The position numbers and the translations under genes are program-made. Shown piece after piece: positions 14,287 to 23,023 of a stretch of 64,000 nucleotides of DNA. Every line of letters starts with the position of its first letter. Positions within the stretch are counted from its first letter, which is position 1. The notes beneath the pieces were generated by a model, which did not search any database, had not been told where the DNA came from, and saw only the letters and a list, made by a program, of their open reading frames with translations. The stretch is from an uncultured Planctomycetota bacterium (GTDB taxonomy: Bacteria > Planctomycetota > Phycisphaerae > Tepidisphaerales > Tepidisphaeraceae), in contig CAWJEN010000003.1 in NCBI GenBank assembly GCA_963841915.1, forward strand, positions 96,001 to 160,000. The letters run 5' to 3'.

Positions 14287-15154
14287 CTAGCGACGACGAC
14301 GAAGCATCGCCAAGCCGACGAGGCCGAGCGTCGCGACGCTGGTCGGCTCCGGAACGACTGCAAATTGCAGCCCCGACAAACCGCCGAAGAAGTTGTCGTC
14401 GACTGTCGTGCCGATGGTCGTTGCAGTCGCCCGTGGCCGGGTCGATGGTGTACAGATTGTTGGTGCCGTTGAAATCACCGTCGGCGAAGTAGAGCGTGCC
14501 GTCGGAGTCAAAGTCGAGCCCACCGACGAGGCCGAAGGCCTGCGGAACGGTGACGGACGAGACGACGCCTGCGGTTGCTATATCAACTTCAACGAGGAAG
14601 GCCTGAGTCGGAACAGCCTGCACGGTGACGTCAACGAGATACAGCGAGCCGCTGTCATCGAAGGCGAGGCCTGCCGCGTTGGAGACACCCGGGATCGTGC
14701 CGACGGGGGTGCCTGCACCGGTGGCGACGTCGATCGTAAAGAGCGTCGAGACGCCATTCGTGTTGGAGACGCCGAAAAGATCTCCGTTCGCATTGAAGTC
14801 GAGGTCGCCTTCAAAAATCTCAAAGCCGATGTCACCGACGACGGCGGTTGTGCCGGTGGCCGGATCGATGGTGAGCAGCTGCGAAGCGGCAGGCTGGCCG
14901 TTGACAGTCGCAAGCGGATCGGTAAGCGAGTAGAGCGTGCCGTCAGCCGCCTGCGTCAGGCCGAGCAGGCCGGTACTACCGGTGAAGCGGGCGTTTGTGG
15001 CGGCACCAGTGGTGGTGTCAACGTCGAACAGCCGGGCCTCGCGACCGCCGAAGCTGCCGTCGCGAAACTCGACGCCGAGCAGCTGGGTTTGAGCCGCGGC
15101 AGTACCAGCGGCAAGGGTGAGGGACAGGACGGTGTACTTGATGGTGTTGTGCAT
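14287..15154 (-). pseudogene. PEP-CTERM beta-propeller surface protein with one apparent frameshift near 14429
   Basis: Signal peptide and repeated 'L.TID..TG' blades in ORF 14168..15154; the sorting signal 'VPEPTSVATLGLVGLAMLRRRR' is in another frame ending at 14287; SD-like GGGAG upstream. Confidence 0.8.
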
Positions 15155-15189
15155 AATGCTCCCGGTGAGGGGTCATTCAATGTAGCAGT

Positions 15190-15501
15190 TCAATCAAGAG
15201 CCGCGGCTAGCGAAAGCTTGACGACCTTGGCTGCGTCTGATCGAAGAACGACGTGCTCGTCCTGACGACGCCATACGCCTTGCTCGACCCGTCTTACCTC
15301 GCCACGGCCGTCACTGATCGGGCCTTCGTACATCAGGTATCGCCGCCGATGGTCTGGCAGCACTTCGAACCGCGTTTCCTCTGTCGGCGGCCACTCGTAG
15401 ACCCGCCACGTCTTCAGGTCAGCGTCAGTCGAGACCTCAAGCATCAGGTCGAAGTGCGGCTCGCCGAAGCCAATGTGACGGAGGACGACGAAGCGATACA
15501 C
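15190..15501 (-). CDS. stand-alone LigD 3'-phosphoesterase (PE)-like domain protein
   Basis: 'RH.....HFDLMLE', 'LKTW', 'DHRRRYLMYEGPI', 'GRGEV' resemble LigD PE motifs. Confidence 0.7.
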   Translation of the reverse strand: MYRFVVLRHIGFGEPHFDLMLEVSTDADLKTWRVYEWPPTEETRFEVLPDHRRRYLMYEGPISDGRGEVRRVEQGVWRRQDEHVVLRSDAAKVVKLSLAAALD

Positions 15502-15503
15502 GT

Positions 15504-15851
15504 TTAAGCGGTAGGCACGAACTTCTCCATCAGCGACGTCGGCATCAGACTGAAGAACGAGAACGCGGCGCCCGGAGCGCCTAGGAGGGCAGCTCCCATG
15601 AAAAAGATGCCCGCTCCGCTGCCGGTGCGTCGTCGACGAATCCGAGGGCTGACGTCATTCCCGCCGTACTGCTCGATCCGTTGCACGTTGTCCTGTCGGA
15701 TCTCTATGCCGGTACTGACGCATTTGTAGCTGCCGTACATCAGAGCGAGGCCAAGTAAGAGCATGCTCAAACGGCTCACCGCCGTCTTCCACACTGGATC
15801 GTTCTGTTCCTGAGCTAGCGGTTGCCACGCCACGCGTTGCGTTCTACGCAA
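15504..15851 (-). CDS. hypothetical two-TM membrane protein
   Basis: Two hydrophobic segments; overlaps the end of the AKR gene by 8 nt. Confidence 0.5.
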   Translation of the reverse strand: MRRTQRVAWQPLAQEQNDPVWKTAVSRLSMLLLGLALMYGSYKCVSTGIEIRQDNVQRIEQYGGNDVSPRIRRRRTGSGAGIFFMGAALLGAPGAAFSFFSLMPTSLMEKFVPTA

Positions 15852-16920
15852 TCAGCACTGGCGGTGCAACGTACTCGCTTCGCACGGGCTCTCCGTTGTT
15901 GATGCTGCTCTTGAGATCGCACGCGTGGCTCTCCGGCGGCAGGTCGAAGTCGTTCTCGTACAGCTCGTGCAGTTGATCCAGCTCTGCACCAGACAGGTCC
16001 GGCATCTCAGCAGCGGCGACCACTTCGTCGACCTCCTGCTCGTTCAGCAGCGTGGCTGTGATGGTCGTCACGGCCGGCTGTTGAAGGAGCCACTTGCAGG
16101 CGAACTGGTGCACGGTCATGTCGCGGGCCTCGAAGATCGGGCGAATGGCCTCGACCTTCTGCGGGCCAAAGACGCGCCAGCTCGCGTCGCGGAACTTGCG
16201 GTGGTCGTTCTGCTCGAGCTTCGTGTCTTTCTTGATGACGCCTTTGAGTACGCCCGAATTATCCTGCACGCGGGCCATCAAACCGGCCCGCTTGGCGACG
16301 GCCATTTCGCCAAGTTCGCGGGCCGGGTGCTGCTCGAGGTAGTTGTACACCGTCTGCACCGCCTTGGCCCCGTGCTTCTCAATGGCCTCGAAGCCTTCCT
16401 CGCGCCAGCCGATGGCGGGGCCGAGGGAAACGCCCCACGTTTTGATCTTGCCTTCGGCCTGCACCTTGTCGAGCTCTGCGAACATGTCGTCGCGGAACTG
16501 CGGCAGCTTGATGTTGTGGGCGACATACACGTCGATGCAGTCGACGCCGAGTCGCTTCAGTGAGTGCTCGAGCGCCTTCCGCATGAAGGTCGGCGAAAAG
16601 TCCTGCAGGCGTTCCTTGTGGCTGCCTGGAGTGCCAGGATCCGTGTAGAAGTCATACCCGAACTTGCCGCCGATCTGGATGGCGTCACGCCTGGTGCTGT
16701 CGAGCGTTTTGAGCCAGTTGCCGAAGAGCGTCTCTGCCCGGCCGTTGCCGTAGGCGTCGCCGTTGTCGAAGAAGGTGACGCCCTTGTCGAGGGCGTGGCT
16801 GCAAAGCCGGTCGCAGTCGTCCTGCTCGCGATGGCCCCACCAGTCGACGCCGAAGATCCAGCAGCCGAGGCTAATGGGACTGACGGAGACGTCACTGTTG
16901 CCGAAGGTGCGTTGTTCCAC
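15844..16920 (-). CDS. aldo/keto reductase
   Basis: 'VSPISLGCW', 'FFDNGDAYGNGRAE', 'SLKRLGVDCIDVYVAH', 'GKIKTWGVS'; GTG start at 16920. Confidence 0.9.
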   Translation of the reverse strand: MEQRTFGNSDVSVSPISLGCWIFGVDWWGHREQDDCDRLCSHALDKGVTFFDNGDAYGNGRAETLFGNWLKTLDSTRRDAIQIGGKFGYDFYTDPGTPGSHKERLQDFSPTFMRKALEHSLKRLGVDCIDVYVAHNIKLPQFRDDMFAELDKVQAEGKIKTWGVSLGPAIGWREEGFEAIEKHGAKAVQTVYNYLEQHPARELGEMAVAKRAGLMARVQDNSGVLKGVIKKDTKLEQNDHRKFRDASWRVFGPQKVEAIRPIFEARDMTVHQFACKWLLQQPAVTTITATLLNEQEVDEVVAAAEMPDLSGAELDQLHELYENDFDLPPESHACDLKSSINNGEPVRSEYVAPPVLIA

Positions 16921-16928
16921 GTGGAACC
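16913..16928. promoter_or_regulatory. parS: parS (ParB-binding) site
   Basis: TGTTCCACGTGGAACC, 15/16 match to the palindrome TGTTCCACGTGGAACA. Confidence 0.8.
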
Positions 16929-17078
16929 ATAGCGGCCGACGCTTCGGCACCAGCAAGGTTTCCACACGCTTCATGCGGCAAAAAGCCTTGCCCATGCTTG
17001 GATTTGCTGTAATACTACACGTCCCACCTGGCCGGTTCCCGCCGGCCGCACCCGCAGATTCCTCTGCAAGGAGACATT

Positions 17079-18629
17079 ATGAATTGCAACACTTCAGTTG
17101 TTTTGCCCGTTTTGAGCGTCGCGGCCTCCTTCGGTCTTGCGTCTATTGCTCAAGCGCAGCAGTACGACGTCATACTCGAAAGCGGCCTAAACCCGGAGTT
17201 CCGGAGCTTCGGCGGCGTCGTGATCAACGACAATGGTCAGATCGCTCTGTCGACGCGTGACTTGACTGGAGCGGGCAGCCGCACGCAGCTCCTCCTCATC
17301 CAGCCGGACGGGACGATTGAGCGTTTAGTGAGCGAGGGTGACGTTGCCCCGGATGGCAACGGAACGCTCTTCAGCACCTTTTCACGATTTGATTCGGGAT
17401 TGGCGCTCAACAACAACGGTCAGGTTGCGCTCGTCACGCGTTACGAGACGTCACCCGAGAACCGCGATCGGGCCATCATTCTGGCCGACGCAACGGGCGT
17501 CCAGCTCATAGCTCGCACCGGCCAGGCGGCCGGGGACGGTTTAGAGTTTCAAATTGGCGAGGAGATCAACGGCAGCATCGGCAGCACAGTCAACGTCGAC
17601 GACCCGGTGCTGAATGATCTCGGGCAGATTGCGTTTCGTGATCGCCTGACGTCGTCGAGCCTGCCCTTTCAACCCCGCGCAGTATTCGCCGCTGAAGGTG
17701 TCGGGCTCCGGCAGGTCTTGATCGAGACTTCTTCGTCCCCGGTGCCTTCGATCTCTGGAGGGGTGGGTGAGCCACAGATCAACAACCTTGGCGAGATCTT
17801 CGTTAAGTTTGAGGAGCGAACCCAGCCGTTCCTCCCGCCGCTGCCTTCGCTGCTGGTGGACAACGGCGGTTCCCAAAGCATCGTCTACGGGCCGGGTACG
17901 CCACTGCCCGATGGATCGACGGCCGTGAGCTTCTTCAGCTTCGATGCCGCCCAAGAAGGCGGGATTGGACTCCGCGGCTTTACGACGACCGATGATCCGG
18001 CCAGCCGTCTCGCCGTCACCTATGGAACGTCGGCGGGCCTCGACATCCTGTCTCGAACCGGCGAGCCGCTTGCGGCGGGTGGTGAGTTGCTGTCGAACGT
18101 GCTAAGCGGCAGGTTGGAAGCTAACAACGTCGGTGGCGTGGCATTTGTCGGAGCCATCGGTGGAGTTCCCGATTCGCCGCCCGGAACCACTGACTTCAAC
18201 GGGCTCTTCGTTGCCGATGACAATGGCCTCACCGAGATTGCCCGGCACGGCACGGTCTTGCCCGACGGCAACGTGATCGAGAGCTTTAATCGCGTTACGA
18301 TCAACGATCTGGGCCAAGTCGCGTTCGAGGTGCGGTTCGACGTCGCTGGCGGACCGTCTTCGTTCGAGTTGGGCCTCTACTTCTTCGATCCGCAGTCGGG
18401 CACCTTCCCCGTCGTCAGCACGGTCTCCGACCTCTTCGGTAGCGAAGTTTTTGGATACAATTTCTCTGGCGGCACCAGCCAGGGTGGTGGCCTGAACAAC
18501 AATGGGGAGCTGGTGTTCCGCTACCTCCTGGAGGATTCTCGCGAAGGTGTTGCCGTCTTCACGATCCCAGAGCCGTCGCTGGCGCTGGTTATCGGCCCAA
18601 TGCTGCTTCTGGCGAGGCGTCGCCGTTAA
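17079..18629 (+). CDS. PEP-CTERM protein with NxxGxxAF-type tandem repeats
   Basis: Signal peptide; repeats INDNGQIAL, LNNNGQVAL, LNDLGQIAF, NNVGGVAF, INDLGQVAF, LNNNGELVF; C-terminal IPEP-TM-RRRR; SD AGGAG. Confidence 0.9.
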   Translation: MNCNTSVVLPVLSVAASFGLASIAQAQQYDVILESGLNPEFRSFGGVVINDNGQIALSTRDLTGAGSRTQLLLIQPDGTIERLVSEGDVAPDGNGTLFSTFSRFDSGLALNNNGQVALVTRYETSPENRDRAIILADATGVQLIARTGQAAGDGLEFQIGEEINGSIGSTVNVDDPVLNDLGQIAFRDRLTSSSLPFQPRAVFAAEGVGLRQVLIETSSSPVPSISGGVGEPQINNLGEIFVKFEERTQPFLPPLPSLLVDNGGSQSIVYGPGTPLPDGSTAVSFFSFDAAQEGGIGLRGFTTTDDPASRLAVTYGTSAGLDILSRTGEPLAAGGELLSNVLSGRLEANNVGGVAFVGAIGGVPDSPPGTTDFNGLFVADDNGLTEIARHGTVLPDGNVIESFNRVTINDLGQVAFEVRFDVAGGPSSFELGLYFFDPQSGTFPVVSTVSDLFGSEVFGYNFSGGTSQGGGLNNNGELVFRYLLEDSREGVAVFTIPEPSLALVIGPMLLLARRRR

Positions 18630-18668
18630 GTGTTGGCGGTCTGGCACAGCATGTGCAACGCGACAGGC

Positions 18669-19097
18669 ATGACCGACGAACTAAACGACCTCATCACCAC
18701 GTCCCTCGACGGCGTCCACGGCTATAAGCAGGCCGCTGAGCATGCGAGCGATGCGACGCTCAAAAGCCTCTTCACCGACTACGCCAGCCAGCGGAGCACG
18801 TTTGCAAGCGAGCTTCAGACGCTCGTGAGCCAGATGGGCGGCACGCCGACCGATACGGGTAGCGTCGCCGCTGCGTTCCACCGCGGCTGGATCGGCCTCA
18901 AAGATGCCGTCACGAGCGGCGACAAGGGCATCCTCGCCGAGTGCGTCCGCGGCGAAGAGCACGCCGTCAAAGACTACCAATCGATCCTCGGCAGCAACGA
19001 CGTCACACCCGCAATCAAGACGCTGCTCAGCCAGCAGCATGGCCAAATTGATCAGGCCCTAACACACATGAAGATGCTGCACGGCAAGATGGCTTAG
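18669..19097 (+). CDS. PA2169-family (DUF2383) four-helix-bundle, ferritin-like protein
   Basis: 'LNDLI....DG..GY..AAE', 'GG.P...GS.....HRGW..LK', 'EC.RGE..A...Y'. Confidence 0.85.
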   Translation: MTDELNDLITTSLDGVHGYKQAAEHASDATLKSLFTDYASQRSTFASELQTLVSQMGGTPTDTGSVAAAFHRGWIGLKDAVTSGDKGILAECVRGEEHAVKDYQSILGSNDVTPAIKTLLSQQHGQIDQALTHMKMLHGKMA

Positions 19098-19122
19098 GGT
19101 AGTTCGTCATGTTCAGCCTAAC

Positions 19123-19161
19123 GCGGGCCGAGCCACGTCTGTGGATCGGCCCGCTTCGTTT
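19123..19161 (+). terminator. intrinsic terminator between convergent PA2169-family gene and phoD
   Basis: Stem GCGGGCCGA-gCCAC / GTGG-a-TCGGCCCGC followed by TTCGTTT. Confidence 0.65.
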
Positions 19162-19168
19162 CGTCGCC

Positions 19169-20173
19169 TCAGAACGTCATTTCCGCAGACTCCAGGGTAT
19201 CCCCGTCGATTGCCCGCAACGTCGCGGTCACGGTGCGTTTGCTCCAGTCAATTTCCAAAGCTCCAAAGTTTGGGCGTAAATGCATGTCGCCGATGCGAAA
19301 GCGATTGGGCTCGCCGGCCGCGTCTCCGCCTCGGGGCTGATTCAGAGCACTTGATGTGACGTCGAGTACCGTCAGGTTGTCGTGGGTAGTGCGACTGATC
19401 TCCCCACTGTGGCGGTCGCCGCTGAAAATGATCGACGCTCCGCCTGCTTGGCCGAGCAAGTCGAGCAGGCGCTCTTGGTCGGCCGGGTGGTTCGCCCACT
19501 TTTCGAAACGGTGCTCGTTTGCCAACACCTGGATGCTGGAGCAGACGATGCGAAGCTCTGCCGGCTCGGCAAGTTGTGCCTCGAGCCACGCCCACTGCTC
19601 TTCGCCCAGCACCGTCGCGAGCGGGTCGGCCGTCGGGATGTATGACTTCTTCTTAGCTGTTGGATCACGCTCGAGCGGACTGCGGAAGTACCGCGTGTCG
19701 AGTAGCAGAAACTGCACCCGCTGACCGTCCGGCCCGACGGTGACGGCGTCGTAGTTACCCGCCCGCTGCCGGCGGGGCGAGTCGACGGGCTCGCCAACGG
19801 CATCGAGCATGATCGTCTTCGCCCGCTCCTTGAACGGCCACTCTCGGCCAGCGTCGTTGAGGCCGTAGTCGTGGTCGTCCCACACCCACAGCACGCGCGA
19901 CGACGCGATCAACCGTTGAACTTCCGGCTTGGCGAGCAGGTCGGCGTACGCCTGCGTCATCTCCGCCGCGTTGTCGGTGTCGGCGTAGACGTTGTCGCCG
20001 AGAAAGATGAAGACATCGGGCTCGAAGGCAGCCACTGTCGCCAGAATGGGCACCGGTTGCGTTTCGCGGATGCACGACCCGAAAGCGATGCGTTCAACCG
20101 CTTGCGGGTGCGATGCCGGAGCAAGCAAGAGGCACAGCAGGGCGACGAGCATGGCGAACCGTAGTAGCGACAT
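19169..20173 (-). CDS. phoD: alkaline phosphatase D family protein
   Basis: AFGSC, LGDNVYAD, WDDHDYG.ND, LLDTRYFR, LGEEQWAWL, SGDRH; signal peptide. Confidence 0.9.
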   Translation of the reverse strand: MSLLRFAMLVALLCLLLAPASHPQAVERIAFGSCIRETQPVPILATVAAFEPDVFIFLGDNVYADTDNAAEMTQAYADLLAKPEVQRLIASSRVLWVWDDHDYGLNDAGREWPFKERAKTIMLDAVGEPVDSPRRQRAGNYDAVTVGPDGQRVQFLLLDTRYFRSPLERDPTAKKKSYIPTADPLATVLGEEQWAWLEAQLAEPAELRIVCSSIQVLANEHRFEKWANHPADQERLLDLLGQAGGASIIFSGDRHSGEISRTTHDNLTVLDVTSSALNQPRGGDAAGEPNRFRIGDMHLRPNFGALEIDWSKRTVTATLRAIDGDTLESAEMTF

Positions 20174-20248
20174 CGCACAGGGCTCTGAACGCCTCTACAC
20201 TGCCGCCCCCACATTCGAACCCACCAGCTACTCACTACTCAGAATCAC

Positions 20249-21457
20249 ATGGCAGGCAACGCAGTCATCGGCCAAAGCGGCGGTCCCACCAGCGTCATCA
20301 ACCAGTCGCTCGTCGGCGTCATCCAAGCTGCCCGGTCGGCAGGTCATATCGACAAGCTCTTCGGCGCGCGCCACGGCGTTCGTGGCGTGCTCAACGATGA
20401 CTTCATCGACCTCAGCGACATCGGTGACGACCTGCTCGAACGCATCGCCGCCACGCCCAGCAGCGCGCTTGGCTCGACGCGGGACAAACCCGACGAAGAT
20501 TACTGCCGCAGCTTGTTCGGCAAGCTCAAAGAAAAGAACGTCAAGTACTTCTTCTACGTCGGCGGAAACGACTCTGCCGACACCGCACGCATCGTTCGCG
20601 AAGTCGCCAAGGAAGACGGCTACGACCTGCACGTCTACCACGTGCCTAAGACGATTGACAATGACCTGCGCGTTCACGACCACACGCCCGGCTTCGGCTC
20701 TGCCGCCAAATTCGTCGCGGCGGCCATGATCGGTGACGACTTCGACAACCGGAGCCTGCCGGGCATTAAGATTGACGTCATCATGGGTCGCCACGCCGGC
20801 TTCCTGACGGCCGCATCGGCACTGGCTCGCGTCGCGCCCAACAGCGGACCACACCTCATCTTCGTGCCCGAGAAGCCGGTGAGCGAGGACGACTTCGCCG
20901 CCGCCGTCGAGAAGGTGTACCAGAAGGAAGGCCGCTGCCTCATCGCCGCCAGTGAGGGCATTACCGCCCCCGACGGCAAGACCTTCGCCGAGCACATGGC
21001 CGACGATCTCGAACGCGACGCACACGGCAACATCCAGCTCTCCGGCACCGGTGCACTTGGCGATTACCTGGCCTCGATCGTCACGAAGAAGCTTCAGACG
21101 CCCGGCGGTAAGAAGCTTCGCGTACGTGCCGACACGTTCGGCTACCTGCAGCGGTCGTTTGCCGGCTTCGTCAGCGAGACCGACGCCGAAGAAGCCCGCC
21201 GCGTCGGCCGCATGGCCGTTGAGTATTCCGCCGATCCGGCCAACGAGCAGGGCAGCGTGGTCATGACGCGTAAGCCAGGTGCCGAGTACGCCGTCGACAC
21301 GCATCTCGAGCCGATCGAGAACGTCGCCCGTCTGACCAAGCACATGGCCGACGAGTTCCTGACGGACGATCACGACGTGACGGACGCTTGGCTCGACTAC
21401 GTCCGCCCGCTCGCCGGAAAGCTCCCGACGGTCGGCACGTTCGACGAGTTGAAGTGA
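20249..21457 (+). CDS. 6-phosphofructokinase, probably PPi-dependent
   Basis: QSGGPT.VIN, GGNDS (Asp) and PKTIDND (Lys), the residue pair typical of PPi-PFKs; MGRHAG; GYLQR. Confidence 0.9.
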   Translation: MAGNAVIGQSGGPTSVINQSLVGVIQAARSAGHIDKLFGARHGVRGVLNDDFIDLSDIGDDLLERIAATPSSALGSTRDKPDEDYCRSLFGKLKEKNVKYFFYVGGNDSADTARIVREVAKEDGYDLHVYHVPKTIDNDLRVHDHTPGFGSAAKFVAAAMIGDDFDNRSLPGIKIDVIMGRHAGFLTAASALARVAPNSGPHLIFVPEKPVSEDDFAAAVEKVYQKEGRCLIAASEGITAPDGKTFAEHMADDLERDAHGNIQLSGTGALGDYLASIVTKKLQTPGGKKLRVRADTFGYLQRSFAGFVSETDAEEARRVGRMAVEYSADPANEQGSVVMTRKPGAEYAVDTHLEPIENVARLTKHMADEFLTDDHDVTDAWLDYVRPLAGKLPTVGTFDELK

Positions 21458-22230
21458 CGACGCCTGACCCGCAGCCGGCTCAGGCTACAGATCCGTTGAG
21501 CTGGGACAGCATCGTTCAGCCCGGCGTTCGCGCGCTCAAGAGCAACTGGCGGCCGTTCGTCCTGATTCAGGTCGTCGCGGCGGCCTGTGTCGTCGCGTAT
21601 TATAACTTCGGGGCCGTCCGGGACGCCTTCGACTGGCTCGGCACGATCAAGATGACGTACGGCTACGTCGCCAGCGGAATCGCAGCATCGTTTGCCGGCG
21701 CTTTACTGCCTGAACTGGCCAAGGCGCTGAGCCAGCCCGGCTACCGCCTGAGGGGCCGTGGTGAAGAGTTGACGTATCTGCTCATTTTCTTCTTCTTCAA
21801 CGGCATCGTTGTCGACGCCTTCTATCGCACGCTCGGCATGATCGTCGGGACCGGCAGCGACTTTGGTACGGCGTTCATCAAGATGCTCGTCGACATGTTG
21901 GTGTTCACGCCGCTTCTGGTGTTGCCGCTCGTCATGCTCGGATTCGCTTGGCGGCGGCACAGCTACAAGGTCAAGCCCGTCGCGCAAGAGCTCGCCCGAC
22001 ATGGCATCGGCGGCTGGTACGCGCGGCGGGTTGCACCCGTCTTGCTTCCCGATTGGGCCTTCTGGGCACCGATGGTCTTACTGATCTACTCGATGCCGCC
22101 CTCGCTTCAGGTCATCTTGTTCGCATTAGCGCTCGCCGCCTGGTCGCTTGTGATGGTCTTCATCGGCAACGAGGAATTGCCTCCCGAAGCGCAAGCAGAA
22201 CCCGGCGTGCTGGCGGTTACGGAGGACTAA
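21454..22230 (+). CDS. Mpv17/PMP22-like membrane protein
   Basis: 'KMLVDMLVFTP', 'W.FW.P...LIY.MP..LQV.....A..W'; GTGA overlap with the pfk stop codon. Confidence 0.7.
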   Translation: MTTPDPQPAQATDPLSWDSIVQPGVRALKSNWRPFVLIQVVAAACVVAYYNFGAVRDAFDWLGTIKMTYGYVASGIAASFAGALLPELAKALSQPGYRLRGRGEELTYLLIFFFFNGIVVDAFYRTLGMIVGTGSDFGTAFIKMLVDMLVFTPLLVLPLVMLGFAWRRHSYKVKPVAQELARHGIGGWYARRVAPVLLPDWAFWAPMVLLIYSMPPSLQVILFALALAAWSLVMVFIGNEELPPEAQAEPGVLAVTED

Positions 22231-22238
22231 ACCCCTCA

Positions 22239-22961
22239 TCAGCCGAGGATGATGAACGTCGAGAACATGAAGATCCAGACGACATCGAGGAAGTGCCAGT
22301 AGAGGGCAGCGTGCCTTACGCCGACGTAATGCTCGTGGTCGTACCAGCCTTTGCGGGCCTTCCAGGTGACGATCGCGAGGTAGATGATGCCGCCCAGAAC
22401 GTGCAGGGCGTGGATGAGGACGAAGAAGAACAGTATGCCGTAAAGGCGGGTTGACCGGGCGGCCGGGAGCAGATCCGCGGGTCCTGCGACACCCGCTTGT
22501 GGATCGGTGCCCGCGAAAGGTGAGGCTGTGACCGGTGCCGCCGGGACCTGCGGGTCGAGCGTCAGCAGGCCGATCATGGCAGGCGTCTGCACGACAACAA
22601 AAAGGACTGCAAGCACGTTCGTTGCCCACAGCCACGAGTGAAACTTCCCCATGCGCTCGCGTTGCACGCCCTTGAGCGCCATGTGAATGGCGAAGCTCGC
22701 CAGTAGCACGATGACCGTGCTGACAAAAAGCTTCCAGTCGCTCATCTGCTCGCGGAAGGAGCCGAACGGCTGCGTGTCGGACATCTGATAGCGGATGATC
22801 GCGTAGATCAACATGCCACTGGCGAAGGCGATGCCCAGGGCCATGACGAAGAGCCACATGCCGACGGTTTGCACGCGAGCGGGTACATGGTGGCCCCGCT
22901 CATCCACCTCACGGTGCGGGCGGCGATAGTCGAGCTCCTTCGGATCGGCGGCTTCGCTCAC
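22239..22961 (-). CDS. cytochrome c oxidase subunit III family protein (short form)
   Basis: 'GMWLF', 'H.LHVLGG', 'ALYWHFLDVVWIF'. Confidence 0.85.
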   Translation of the reverse strand: MSEAADPKELDYRRPHREVDERGHHVPARVQTVGMWLFVMALGIAFASGMLIYAIIRYQMSDTQPFGSFREQMSDWKLFVSTVIVLLASFAIHMALKGVQRERMGKFHSWLWATNVLAVLFVVVQTPAMIGLLTLDPQVPAAPVTASPFAGTDPQAGVAGPADLLPAARSTRLYGILFFFVLIHALHVLGGIIYLAIVTWKARKGWYDHEHYVGVRHAALYWHFLDVVWIFMFSTFIILG

Positions 22962-23023
22962 GGCTGATCATATCGACCGAAAGAATCGGCGTTTCGGAAA
23001 CGTTGTGCATAACGTCGTCGCCC

